A DNA stretch of 64,000 bases, from NCBI GenBank assembly GCA_028868535.1, contig JAGWUH010000004.1, positions 41,821-105,820 on the forward strand, written 5' to 3'. The notes below the pieces were generated by a model, which was given only the letters and a program-made list of their open reading frames with translations, was not told where the DNA came from and did no database searches. Shown piece after piece: positions 30,749 to 40,494 of the stretch. The translations under genes and the position numbers were made by a program. Within the stretch, counting starts at the first letter, position 1. The number at the start of each line of letters is the position of its first letter. This DNA comes from Sphingomonadales bacterium. Its GTDB lineage: Bacteria; Pseudomonadota; Alphaproteobacteria; Sphingomonadales; Sphingomonadaceae.

Positions 30749-31728
30749 TTGTAGAACACCGTCCCCCCTGCCCGTCCGCGCAGTGCGCGCCAGGCGAACG
30801 TCAGGATGCCGCGCGTCTCCGCCGCCTTGCCGAGCAGCAGCAGCGCAGCCTCCGCCAAGCCACAGCGCCGCGCCAGGCGCGCGAACTGCAGCCCCCAGAT
30901 CAGCGGCGCCAGCAGCACCAGCCGCGCATCGATCGCCAGGCCGGCCAGGACGCCCACCGCCGCGACGCCGAGCGTCCAGCCCAGCGCGCGCAAGGTCTCG
31001 CGGCGGTAGAGCGGATCGGGCCGGCCCCAGGTCATCCGCCAGGCCTGGGCATAGCCCAGGCCGCTGCGGACCGCGCGCAGCCACCACTGGCGGAACCGGT
31101 GCATAGCCGCATCGTGGATCGTCATTGCCGCATCGATGCGCCAGATGCGCCACCCGGCGGCACGCAGGCGATGGCACAGCTCCGGCTCCTCCCCGGCCGC
31201 CACCGCCGGGTCATAACCGCCCATTTCGACCAGCGGCTGGCGACGCATCAGCGCATCGCCGCCACAGGCCCGCGCCTCGCCGACGGGGGTGTTCCACTCG
31301 GCGTCGCAAAGCCGGTTGTAGAACGAGGCTTCGGGATGACGCTCGCGACGGCGGCCGCAGACCACCGCGACGTCCGGGTGGCCGTCCAGGAAACGCAGCG
31401 CCGCATCGATCCAGCCGGGCTCGAATTCGCAATCGCCGTCGACGAACTGCACGTAATCGAGCGCCGGATGCGCGGCGACGAGCGCCTCCAGGCCAGCATT
31501 GCGGGCGCGGGCGGCGGTGAACGGGCGGGTCATGTCGAGATCGACGACCTGCGCGCCCAGGGCCCGCGCCATCGCGCTGCTGCCGTCGGTCGACCCGCTG
31601 TCGACGTAGATGACGGGGGCGCCCGGAACGTCGATCGATGTCAGGCAGCGGCGCAAACGATCGCCTTCGTTGCGGCCGATGGCGATGATGCCGACGCGCC
31701 CTGCCCGTTCAGCCACGGCGCGTTCCAA
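30745..31728 (-). CDS. Glycosyltransferase family 2
   Basis: IGRNEG, YVDSGSTD, FVDGDC, GEEPELC. Confidence 0.9.
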   Translation of the reverse strand: MERAVAERAGRVGIIAIGRNEGDRLRRCLTSIDVPGAPVIYVDSGSTDGSSAMARALGAQVVDLDMTRPFTAARARNAGLEALVAAHPALDYVQFVDGDCEFEPGWIDAALRFLDGHPDVAVVCGRRRERHPEASFYNRLCDAEWNTPVGEARACGGDALMRRQPLVEMGGYDPAVAAGEEPELCHRLRAAGWRIWRIDAAMTIHDAAMHRFRQWWLRAVRSGLGYAQAWRMTWGRPDPLYRRETLRALGWTLGVAAVGVLAGLAIDARLVLLAPLIWGLQFARLARRCGLAEAALLLLGKAAETRGILTFAWRALRGRAGGTVFYK

Positions 31729-31925
31729 CTATCTGACAAACAAAAGTTTTGAAGGCGTCGGCGCGATTGGGCATGGCGGCCTTAATACCAACAGTTTCAT
31801 AATGATCCATTAGTTTCACGGACCAGTCGCCCAGTTGGAAACCAGTCGCATCCTGCTTGCGCCAGAATGAAACGAAGTCCTTCCCGCGGCTACCCAAGCC
31901 GGTGTGCGTTTGTTACAGGCCACGC

Positions 31926-32681
31926 ATGAACCTGAAATCCATCCTGAGGTCGACGCAGAGCGCGTTTCCGTTCATCCGACCCTGGAAATTCGAGGCGTAC
32001 AACTTCGGAACGCGCCATTTCGGATGGCATGTCGAAGCGGAATTCCGCTTGCTCGCCGGGCTCGCCCCGGTTTCGCTGGCGCTCGATATCGGCGGCAACT
32101 GGGGCCAGAGCATCCATGCGCTGCAACGCCTGGCGCGTCCCGGCAGGATCATCTCGTTCGAGCCGAACCCGGTGCTGGCCGCCCGGCTGCAACGCCGCTT
32201 CGCCGGCGACGCTGCGGTCGAGATCCGCAATTTCGCGCTGTCGAACGCCGCCGGCGAGTTCACGCTGCACGTGCCGCGCTATGGCAACTACCTCTACGAC
32301 GGGCTGGCTTCGTTGAAGGTGGAAGAAGCGCGCGACTGGTTCACGCCCGAGCGTTTCGCCTGGTTCAATCCGGCGCGGCTCCACATCGACAGCGCCATCG
32401 TCACGACGGCGACGCTCGATTCGCTCGCACTCTCGCCGGCGGTGGTGAAGATCGACGTGCAGGGCGCCGAGGAACTGGTGGTGGAAGGCGGCCTGGCGAC
32501 GTTCGACCGCTGTAAACCATTTACGATTATGGAATGCCCGACGGCCCGGATCGTCGAGCAGCTGTCCGGGGTGGGCCTTCAGGCCTACCACTATCATCAG
32601 GGCAAGCTGCAGCACTGGGAGCACCACGACAGCAACGTCGTGTTCATGACCGACGCGCACCGGGCGACGCTGGGCCTCTAG
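31926..32681 (+). CDS. FkbM-family methyltransferase
   Basis: LDIGGNWG, SFEPNP, KIDVQGAE. Confidence 0.9.
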   Translation: MNLKSILRSTQSAFPFIRPWKFEAYNFGTRHFGWHVEAEFRLLAGLAPVSLALDIGGNWGQSIHALQRLARPGRIISFEPNPVLAARLQRRFAGDAAVEIRNFALSNAAGEFTLHVPRYGNYLYDGLASLKVEEARDWFTPERFAWFNPARLHIDSAIVTTATLDSLALSPAVVKIDVQGAEELVVEGGLATFDRCKPFTIMECPTARIVEQLSGVGLQAYHYHQGKLQHWEHHDSNVVFMTDAHRATLGL

Positions 32682-32719
32682 CGCCACCCGACCACGCCGC
32701 GCCCCGCAGGAGTTCACGT

Positions 32720-33787
32720 TTGCGCCAGGACCGCACCTTTCACTCGATCCAGTTGCTGCGCGCGGTGGCGGCGACGCTGGTCGTGCTGTTCCATGCCCAC
32801 GAGGCCTTCGCCTCGCGGCAAGGTTCGTCGCTGCTGGATTTTCAGAGCTATCTGTTCGGGTTCGGCGCGGTGGGCGTGCATATCTTCTTCGTCATCAGCG
32901 GCTTCATCATGGTGCTGACCGGCGCCTCGCCCGGCCGCCCCTACAGCGCCCCCCGGTTCTTCCGTCGCCGGTTCCTGCGCATCTACCCGATGTACTGGCT
33001 GTGCGCGTTCTTCTACGTCGGCGTGCATGCCCTGATCGGGCGCCCCTACGACGTGCCGCCGGACGCGTTCGTGCGGGGACTGCTGCTGTGGCCGGTCGAT
33101 TCCGGCCGGCTGATCGGGCCGGCCTGGACACTTTCGTTCGAGATGTACTTCTACATCTGCTTCGGCTTCGCGATGTTGCTGGGAATGACCCGCGGGCTGA
33201 TCGCGCTGACGCTCGGCTTTCTCGCGGCGCTGGCGATCGGGCAGCTGTTCCCCAACCGCGGCCCGGTGATCGGCCTGCCGACCAACCTGCTGCTGCTGGA
33301 ATTCCTGGCCGGCACCGGCATCGGCTGGCTGGCCCAGACCCGCCGACTGCCGCTGCGCTGGGGCCCGGCGCTTACGGGGCTGGGCATCGCGCTGTTCGTC
33401 GCGGGGATCGCGCTCGGCTACCGCCGGGTGCCCAGCGCGGTGTCGTGGGGCATTCCCAGCGCGCTGCTGGTGTTCGGGCTGGTGATCTGGGAAACCCGGG
33501 CCGGCGCCTCTCCCGCCGTGCGGCGGCTCGGCAAGCTGGGCGACAGCAGCTACGTCCTCTACCTGATCCACGTGCTGGCGATCACGCTGGCCGCCGTCGC
33601 CTGCGAGGCCCTGGGGCTGAACCCGCCGCCGCTGCTGGCGGCGATCGCGCTGGCGCCGCTCGCGATCGTGCTGGCGGAGATCGTGCACCGCGTGGTGGAA
33701 GTGCCGCTGCTCGCGCTGCTGCGCCGCGGCGGCAGCCTGCTGGTGCCGGGCCGCCCGGCGGCGCCGCGACCGTCCGAACTGCCTTGA
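32720..33787 (+). CDS. Acyltransferase family 3 (ExoZ-like)
   Basis: IQLLRAVAA..VVLFH, GVHIFFVISGF, RRFLRIYP, WTLSFEMYFY; TTG start after AGGAG. Confidence 0.9.
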   Translation: MRQDRTFHSIQLLRAVAATLVVLFHAHEAFASRQGSSLLDFQSYLFGFGAVGVHIFFVISGFIMVLTGASPGRPYSAPRFFRRRFLRIYPMYWLCAFFYVGVHALIGRPYDVPPDAFVRGLLLWPVDSGRLIGPAWTLSFEMYFYICFGFAMLLGMTRGLIALTLGFLAALAIGQLFPNRGPVIGLPTNLLLLEFLAGTGIGWLAQTRRLPLRWGPALTGLGIALFVAGIALGYRRVPSAVSWGIPSALLVFGLVIWETRAGASPAVRRLGKLGDSSYVLYLIHVLAITLAAVACEALGLNPPPLLAAIALAPLAIVLAEIVHRVVEVPLLALLRRGGSLLVPGRPAAPRPSELP

Positions 33788-34596
33788 CCGCGCCGGCAAT
33801 CCCCGTCGTCGTCAGCATCACGACGATCCCCAGCCGGTTCGCCCAGTTGCGGCCGACGCTCGAATCGCTGCTCTCGGGCGAACTGGTCCCTGACCGCATC
33901 CTCATCGTCCACCCGGCGTTCAGCACGCGCGAGCAGGTGCCGTACGAAGTGCCGGATTTCCTGCGCGATGCTTCCTTCACGCGCGGCATCGTCGCGCCGG
34001 CGCTGGTCTCGGAAGACTGGGGGCCGGGCACCAAGTACCTCGGCGCGCTCGAACATATCGCGGCGCCGTGCTTCCTGGTGATCGCCGACGACGACGTCCG
34101 CTACCGCCCGCCGTTCCTGCGCCAGCTCGTGGCGGCGCAGCGCGCCGAGCCGGGCGCGTCGTTCTCGTTCTACACCTATCGCGAGCGGGGCATCACCATC
34201 GGCCAGGGCTGCGACGGCATGAGCTTTTGGTCGCCCAACCTCGACGGCCTGCGGGAATTCGCCGAACGACACGTCGGCAAGAACCCGGTGCGCTTCCACG
34301 ACGACCTGTGGGTCAGCTACTTCCTGGCGCGCAAGGGCGTACCGATCTGCGACCTGCGGCCGCTGCTGCACGGCGGGCTGATCTACGAGCAGGAAGTGAT
34401 CGACGCGGGCCTCGCGTCGCAGGCGGGGCTGCTCGCGCGCGAGACGATCACCCGGAACGAACTGGCGCGCCTGCTGCGCGAGGCGCCGCTGCCGGCGGGC
34501 CGCCGCGTCGGCGCCGCCATCCTCGCGGCGCACGATCGCGCCTCTGGACTGGCACGCCGAGCCTGGCGCAAGGCGGGGCGGATCGCCCGCGCATAA
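33784..34596 (+). CDS. GT-A fold glycosyltransferase-like protein
   Basis: VSITTIPSR, DWGPGTK, IADDDVRY, DDLWVS. Confidence 0.72.
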   Translation: MTAPAIPVVVSITTIPSRFAQLRPTLESLLSGELVPDRILIVHPAFSTREQVPYEVPDFLRDASFTRGIVAPALVSEDWGPGTKYLGALEHIAAPCFLVIADDDVRYRPPFLRQLVAAQRAEPGASFSFYTYRERGITIGQGCDGMSFWSPNLDGLREFAERHVGKNPVRFHDDLWVSYFLARKGVPICDLRPLLHGGLIYEQEVIDAGLASQAGLLARETITRNELARLLREAPLPAGRRVGAAILAAHDRASGLARRAWRKAGRIARA

Positions 34597-34605
34597 GGCG
34601 CCGTG

Positions 34606-35973
34606 TCAGCCGGCCGGGCTGGGCAGCGGCCCGAACTCGCGATCGGGTCCGCTCTCCTCGGCCAGGCGCCGGCGGCGGATTTCGCGCCGCTCGATCGCGC
34701 GGGCACGGATCATGCCGGAGATGATGCCCAGCGAGATCGCGAACGTGTATTGCGCCTGGTAAAGCACCCAGATCCATTCGTACTGGATGTGCAGCGCCGT
34801 GGTGATCAGCGTGACCGTGCATGCCAGCACGACATCGCCGTGCGGATCGCGCTTGTTGGCGAAGGCGAAGCGCAGCCCGGCAATGATGGCCATCGCGAAC
34901 ATCGTGATGAACGCGACCAGCCCGGGCCAGCCGGTTTCCGCCGCGACGAGCAGATAGGTGTTGTGGACGTTCGCGGCGCGGCTGGTCCAGTTCCAGATCA
35001 CGCCCGCGCGCTTCGAATAGCCCTGCGCGTTGGCGACGACGACATACTGGTTGGCGCCGACGCCCATCGGATGATCTGCGAACATCGCCTTCGCCGCGCG
35101 CTCGAACGCCTGCCGCTCGAGATCGACGCCTTCGTTGCCGCCGGCCTGCTTGATCTGGCCGATGCGGTTGTTCATGCCCTTGATGATCAGCGGCGAGGTC
35201 AGCGCCAGCGCCAGCGCGGCGAAGCCCACCACCTGCCACTTGCGCTGGGTAGGCCGGCGGATGATCGAAAGCACCATGAACAGCGCAACGCCGCCGAGGC
35301 TGAACAGCACGGCCCCGCGCGAGGCGCCGAGGCCGATCACCACCAGCGCGGAAATCACGCCCAGCATGATCACGCGATTGCGCGAGCCCATCGCCAGAAT
35401 CGCCAGCAGCAGCACCAGCACGAACTCGGTCATCAGCCCCAGCAGGTTCTGGTGCCCCATCGTGCCCGCCGTCTGGAACGCGCCGTGCAGCTTCTGGTCG
35501 ATGCAGAAATAGGCCTGGTAGGCAACGCCGGCCGCCAGCCCCATCGCCAGCCAGGTCAGTGCGCGCTCGTCGCTGGCGATCTTGGCGACCGCCGCGAGCA
35601 GGATCACCACGCGCAGCAGCTGGAAGGGATAGAACGCCGATCCCATCCACACGCCCGATTGGAACACCGAAAGCAGGCCCGCGAGCATGTAGGCGATCAG
35701 GTATCCGATCAGCGGCGGCATCCCGCCCGGCTTGCGATGGAGCGTGATCACGGCCAGCGCCAGCGCATCCTCCATGGTGATGACGATGCCCTTGGTATAG
35801 CCGGGCCAGGCTGACCAGTTGACCAGCGCACCGTCTAGGTTCCACGAGTTCAGCGTGAACGGCAGGATGCCCAGGCCGAAGTAGGCCCAGTGAAGCTTCC
35901 GCGGATTGGACCGGAACCAGGAAACGAACCCGGGATAGGCCATCAGGATGATGGCAAACGCCACATAATGCAT
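34606..35973 (-). CDS. O-antigen ligase/Wzy_C family polymerase
   Basis: GTMGHQN, ASRGA, HPMGVG, VHNTYLLVAAETG. Confidence 0.85.
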   Translation of the reverse strand: MHYVAFAIILMAYPGFVSWFRSNPRKLHWAYFGLGILPFTLNSWNLDGALVNWSAWPGYTKGIVITMEDALALAVITLHRKPGGMPPLIGYLIAYMLAGLLSVFQSGVWMGSAFYPFQLLRVVILLAAVAKIASDERALTWLAMGLAAGVAYQAYFCIDQKLHGAFQTAGTMGHQNLLGLMTEFVLVLLLAILAMGSRNRVIMLGVISALVVIGLGASRGAVLFSLGGVALFMVLSIIRRPTQRKWQVVGFAALALALTSPLIIKGMNNRIGQIKQAGGNEGVDLERQAFERAAKAMFADHPMGVGANQYVVVANAQGYSKRAGVIWNWTSRAANVHNTYLLVAAETGWPGLVAFITMFAMAIIAGLRFAFANKRDPHGDVVLACTVTLITTALHIQYEWIWVLYQAQYTFAISLGIISGMIRARAIERREIRRRRLAEESGPDREFGPLPSPAG

Positions 35974-36244
35974 TGTGTCGGCCTCGCCCGCGCAGCGGCA
36001 ATCGATGAACTCGCTGTGCCCGGCTGGATTGATCCGGGAACAGGGCGCGTGCGTGAATACGGGCTCCCACCACGCAAGGCAAGCATGCGGGCGGCCACTG
36101 TGCTCGCAACTGCACCGTCGCGGGACAGAACGGGCACGGCAGCAGGACGAAAGGCGGGAGGTCGGCGGCAGATGCCGGGACGAGCGTAATCGCTCAACTT
36201 CGCTCAGCCGGCGGGTGCAAGCCGTCACGAGCGATCGTTTTTCG

Positions 36245-36261
36245 CGCCCCGTGGCGAGACA
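36245..36261. promoter_or_regulatory. Candidate 17-bp operator (second copy at 36111-36127) in the wzy/acyltransferase divergent spacer
   Basis: CGCCCCG-TGG-CGAGACA and TGCACCG-TCG-CGGGACA. Confidence 0.35.
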
Positions 36262-36360
36262 GCGCGCCCAGGGAGACGCGGTTAACGGGCTTTGCCGGCA
36301 TCGCCGGATGGTCTACCCGCGGGCATGGCACGGCAGGGATGTGAAGGCGGAGCACGAAGC

Positions 36361-37389
36361 TTGGAAACCGCGAATGCAACCAGAGCGACCGGGCGCATCG
36401 GCATGCTCGACGGTTGGCGCGCCGTCAGTATCCTGGCGGTCATGGCCGGCCACTGGGTTCCGATGGGGCCGAAGGCGTGGAACCTCAACGCCATCGTCGC
36501 CGGCACCGGCATGGCGCTGTTCTTCATCCTCTCGGGCTTCCTGATCACGCAGTTGCTGCTGCGCGACGATAGGGTCCTGCCCTTCCTGATCCGGCGCCTG
36601 TTCCGCATCATGCCGCTGGTGTGGCTGGCGATCGCGGCGCTGGCGCTGATGTTTCCCGCCAACCGCGAACTGCTGGGCGCTAACCTGGCGTTCTATGCCA
36701 ACCTGCCGCCGTCGCGCCTGATGGAAGGCGGCAACCACCTGTGGAGCCTGTGCGTCGAGGTGCAGTTCTACGCCGCCGTCGCGCTGATCGTCGGGCTGGC
36801 GGGGCGGCGCGGGCTGTACCTGCTGCCGCTGCTGGCGCTGGCGGTCACGGGTCTGCGCATTCACGACGGCGAGACTGTCAGCATTGTCACCTGGCACCGC
36901 ATCGACGAGATCCTCGCCGGCTGCACGCTCGGGCTCCTGGTCCATCATCTCGGGCCTGACAGCGCCTTGCGCAGGTTGCCGAAGTGGTTGCCGTTCGTGC
37001 TCGCCATCGGCCTGCTCGCGGCGTCCTCGCCGGAATTGCGGGCGTGGAACTACCTGCGCCCCTATCTCGCCGCGGCGACGATCGGCAGCTCGCTCTACGC
37101 CTCGCCGGAATGGATGCGGCGGGTTTGGACCGGCGCGGCGGCGCGCTACGTCGCCGAAATCAGCTATGCGCTCTATGTCGTGCACGGCGTGCTGACCGCG
37201 ACCTGGCTGGGCGGTACCGATGCCTCGAAGCTCGCCCGGTACGCACGCCGGCCGCTGCTGATCGGCGCCAGCTTCGCGCTCGCGCACCTGTCGACCTTCT
37301 ATTACGAGCAGCGCTTCACCACGCTCGGCAAGCGGCTGGCGCGCCAGCTCGCCGATGGCGGGCGCCCCGCCGCCGCCGCCGCGCGCTGA
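36361..37389 (+). CDS. Acyltransferase family 3
   Basis: LDGWRAVS, FFILSGFLI, HLWSLCVEVQFY, ISYALYVVH. Confidence 0.9.
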   Translation: METANATRATGRIGMLDGWRAVSILAVMAGHWVPMGPKAWNLNAIVAGTGMALFFILSGFLITQLLLRDDRVLPFLIRRLFRIMPLVWLAIAALALMFPANRELLGANLAFYANLPPSRLMEGGNHLWSLCVEVQFYAAVALIVGLAGRRGLYLLPLLALAVTGLRIHDGETVSIVTWHRIDEILAGCTLGLLVHHLGPDSALRRLPKWLPFVLAIGLLAASSPELRAWNYLRPYLAAATIGSSLYASPEWMRRVWTGAAARYVAEISYALYVVHGVLTATWLGGTDASKLARYARRPLLIGASFALAHLSTFYYEQRFTTLGKRLARQLADGGRPAAAAAR

Positions 37390-37414
37390 ACCGGCGGCGC
37401 GGAAGGGGCGGCCG

Positions 37415-38884
37415 ATGCATCCCGACAACCTCCGGCTGCGGCTCGCCGTCTTCCTCGTCGCGATCGCCGCTGCGGCCTTCTGCGTCGGGACCAAGGGGCC
37501 GAACCTCGACGAATTCTGGACCGTGATCTTCACCGATCCGCGCGTGGGGCTGGGCCAGGCGTGGTTCTGGTGGTCCGCCGATACGCCCCACCCGCCCGGC
37601 TACTACGCGCTGGTGCGGCTGTGGCTGACCCCGTTCGGCGCATCGGTCACTGCGGTGCGCGGCCTGAACCTGGCGATCTGGACGGTCCTCGCCGGCTACT
37701 GGCTGTTTGCCCCCGCGAATGGCAGCGCGATGCGGCGTTTCTGCCTGTCGTTCGTCCTCGCCGTCTCGGTGACGTTCTTCACGCTCGAACGGCTGGCCGA
37801 GGCGCGCGCCTATTTTCCGGCCTTCGCGCTGGTCTGCGTGCTGCTGGTGGAACTCAGGCGCCTGGACACGCCGGGCCGCGCCGGCGGCGCGCTGGCGCGG
37901 ATTGCTGCCGCCACCATCGCCATCGCGCTGTTCGACTACCCGATCTTCTGCGCCGCGGCCGGCGTGCTGCTGGTTGCCGGGGGCGCGCTGCTGCTCGCCG
38001 GCCGCCGGGCCGACGCGCGGGGCATCGGCGCCGCGCTGGGCGCCGGCGCGCTGGTGATGGCGGCAGGCATGGTCAACGCGCTCGGCTACGAGCATGTCGT
38101 CGTCCCGTACGACATCACCACCGCGACCTATGCCAAGTTCGCGGCGGAAGTCGTGGTGGCCGGGCTGGCGGGGAACCTGGCGCTGTCCTGGCTGGCGGCG
38201 CGCGGGCTGCCAGCGGGGCTGCCGGAGCTGACGCTGCGAACCTACGATTTCCGCATCGTCGCGCTGGTTGCGGCGGTCGGGGCGGTGTTCGGCTTTCTCG
38301 TGCTCAACCTGGCGCTCCATGCGATCCTGAGCCGGCACCTGATCCCGATTACCGCGCTGGTCTGCGCGGCGGTGACGGCGTGGCTGCCGGAGCGGGCGTG
38401 GTCCCGCGCGGGGATTGCCGCGATGCTGATCGCGTTCGCCGGTTCGGCGCTGCTGGTGTCGTGGCGGATCGCCGCCATGGACAATCTCCATCGCTTCGCC
38501 GATCGCCTGGCGGCGGCGCAGCGACATTGCCCGGCCTACACCGTGATCCCGGTCGACATGTTCGCACTGGGCAAGCCCGCCAGCTCGGTGAACGGTGAGA
38601 CGCGCGCCTTGGCCAGCCGCTTCGGCCAACTGGCGATTGCGCACGAGGCCGGGATCACCCTGGCACCGGCCGAACAACGCCGCGTCGATCCGCGCTGCGG
38701 CGGCGCGGTGTGGTTCGTGCCCGGCTATCCCGCGCCGGGCGCGACGGCAGCGTCGCTGCTCGATGTCCTGAAGTTCCCGCTCACCCCGGCGCAGCGCGCT
38801 GGCTCCCGGCTGCTGCTGGAAAACACCGTGCTCGTGCTGGAAGTGCCCGGCGCGGCGCTAACCCCGCGCCAAGGCCCCCTTTAG
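37415..38884 (+). CDS. GT-C-like (PMT/ArnT-type) multi-TM protein
   Basis: NLDEFWT, DTPHPPGYY, EARAY after the first TM. Confidence 0.65.
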   Translation: MHPDNLRLRLAVFLVAIAAAAFCVGTKGPNLDEFWTVIFTDPRVGLGQAWFWWSADTPHPPGYYALVRLWLTPFGASVTAVRGLNLAIWTVLAGYWLFAPANGSAMRRFCLSFVLAVSVTFFTLERLAEARAYFPAFALVCVLLVELRRLDTPGRAGGALARIAAATIAIALFDYPIFCAAAGVLLVAGGALLLAGRRADARGIGAALGAGALVMAAGMVNALGYEHVVVPYDITTATYAKFAAEVVVAGLAGNLALSWLAARGLPAGLPELTLRTYDFRIVALVAAVGAVFGFLVLNLALHAILSRHLIPITALVCAAVTAWLPERAWSRAGIAAMLIAFAGSALLVSWRIAAMDNLHRFADRLAAAQRHCPAYTVIPVDMFALGKPASSVNGETRALASRFGQLAIAHEAGITLAPAEQRRVDPRCGGAVWFVPGYPAPGATAASLLDVLKFPLTPAQRAGSRLLLENTVLVLEVPGAALTPRQGPL

Positions 38885-39441
38885 CGCCACTTCGGGAAGA
38901 ACGCCCCGGTGGCTGCGTACCAGGCGGGAAACTCGTCCTGGAACAGGCCGGCCAGGGCGTTGTCCTCGCGCCGCGAGGTGAAGAAGTACAGCGCGATCAG
39001 CGCCAGCGCCGATGCCGTGGTGAAGATCGAGCTGGCAACCGCGACGCCGCCGATCCAGAACACGATGTAGCTGGTATAGAACGGATGGCGCACCAACGCG
39101 TAGGGGCCGTCGGTGATCAGCTTCCTGGAAGCATTGTCGTTCAGCGCCAGGCCGAGGTTCTTGCGGCCCGACGTGCCGACCGCCCAGCCGAACAGGAACA
39201 GCGACAGCGCCTGCAACGCGACGCCGAGGATCGGCCACGGCGACAGCGCGTCCTGCGTCCAGACGCCGTAAAGCACCGATCCGAAGCCGAGCAGCGACAC
39301 CACCGAAACCAGCTTGGTGCCCGATTTCCACGCACCGCCGAAGTGCCAGAACCCGGCGCTGGCGAACAGCAGGAACGGCAGCGCGGTGGACGCCGTCAGG
39401 ATGGCGCGGACGATGTCGTCATGGGCCCATGCGAAAACCAT
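38881..39441 (-). CDS. Isoprenylcysteine carboxyl methyltransferase/PEMT-family membrane methyltransferase
   Basis: LITDGPYALVRHPFY, REDNAL, FFP. Confidence 0.85.
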   Translation of the reverse strand: MVFAWAHDDIVRAILTASTALPFLLFASAGFWHFGGAWKSGTKLVSVVSLLGFGSVLYGVWTQDALSPWPILGVALQALSLFLFGWAVGTSGRKNLGLALNDNASRKLITDGPYALVRHPFYTSYIVFWIGGVAVASSIFTTASALALIALYFFTSRREDNALAGLFQDEFPAWYAATGAFFPKWR

Positions 39442-39561
39442 GGCCGGCTCCTCTTGCGCAAGGCATGCGAATGCGATCCGCGCCTTATCGCCGGGGGTGG
39501 TTAAATTGCAGTGAAATCGCGACCGGGCGCGGCACACGCGGGACGAATGCCCGCCGGCGGG

Positions 39562-40494
39562 TCAGGCCGGCGGCAGCGTCAATGCCAGGTAGTGCATCCG
39601 CAGCGCCTCGCGCCGGCCGCGGACGACGGTGTCGAGAATCAGGCCGGTGAACGCGACGAGGAACGCCAGGATCATCAGCGCCGCGCTCAGGATCGCGGTC
39701 GGGAAGCGGGGCACCAGTCCGGTTTCCATGTACGTGATGAACAGCGGGATCGCGAGCAGCAGCGACACCGCCGCGAACAGCGCGCCGAACACGCCGAAGA
39801 AGAACAACGGCCGCTCGAGCCGCACGAGGTTCAGGATCGTCGACAGGATGCGCACCCCGTCGCGATAGGTCGAAAGCTTCGAGGCGGAGCCTTCGGGCCG
39901 GGCGAAATAGGGGGTATCGACCTCGCCCACCGGCATCCGCATCCGCAGCGCATGCACGCTGATCTCGGTCTCGATCTCGAAACCGGCGGAAAACGCGGGG
40001 AAGGACTTGGCGAAACGACGCGAGAACACGCGGTAGCCCGAGAGGATGTCGGTGAAGCTGCGCCCGAAGAAGCTGGCCAGGATGCTGGTCAGCAGCCGGT
40101 TGCCGAACCGGTGCCCCGAGCGATAGGCGGCCTGCTCCTCCGACTTGCGGCAGCCGACGACCATGTCGAGGTTGTCGCGCACCGCGCGTTCGACCATCCG
40201 CGGCGCCGCGCTGGCGTCGTATGTCGCGTCGCCGTCAGCCATCACGTAGTAGTCGGCATCGACGTCTGCGAACATGCGCCGCACGACGTTGCCCTTGCCG
40301 CGCAGCGTCTCGAACCGCACGATCGCGCCGGCCGCGGCGGCCACCTCGCTGGTGCGGTCGCTGCTGTTGTTGTCATAGACGTAGATGTCCGCCTCCGGCA
40401 GCGCGGCGCGGAAGGCGGCGATGGTCTGCGCGATGGCGTGCTCCTCGTTGTAGCACGGCAGCACCACGGCGACCTTGGGCAGGGATTTCGTCAC
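39562..40494 (-). CDS. GtrB/DPM1-like polyprenol-phosphate glycosyltransferase (GT2 + 2 TM)
   Basis: PCYNEE, DNNSSD, ADGDATY, DILSGYR, GFEIETE, two C-terminal TMs. Confidence 0.88.
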   Translation of the reverse strand: MTKSLPKVAVVLPCYNEEHAIAQTIAAFRAALPEADIYVYDNNSSDRTSEVAAAAGAIVRFETLRGKGNVVRRMFADVDADYYVMADGDATYDASAAPRMVERAVRDNLDMVVGCRKSEEQAAYRSGHRFGNRLLTSILASFFGRSFTDILSGYRVFSRRFAKSFPAFSAGFEIETEISVHALRMRMPVGEVDTPYFARPEGSASKLSTYRDGVRILSTILNLVRLERPLFFFGVFGALFAAVSLLLAIPLFITYMETGLVPRFPTAILSAALMILAFLVAFTGLILDTVVRGRREALRMHYLALTLPPA

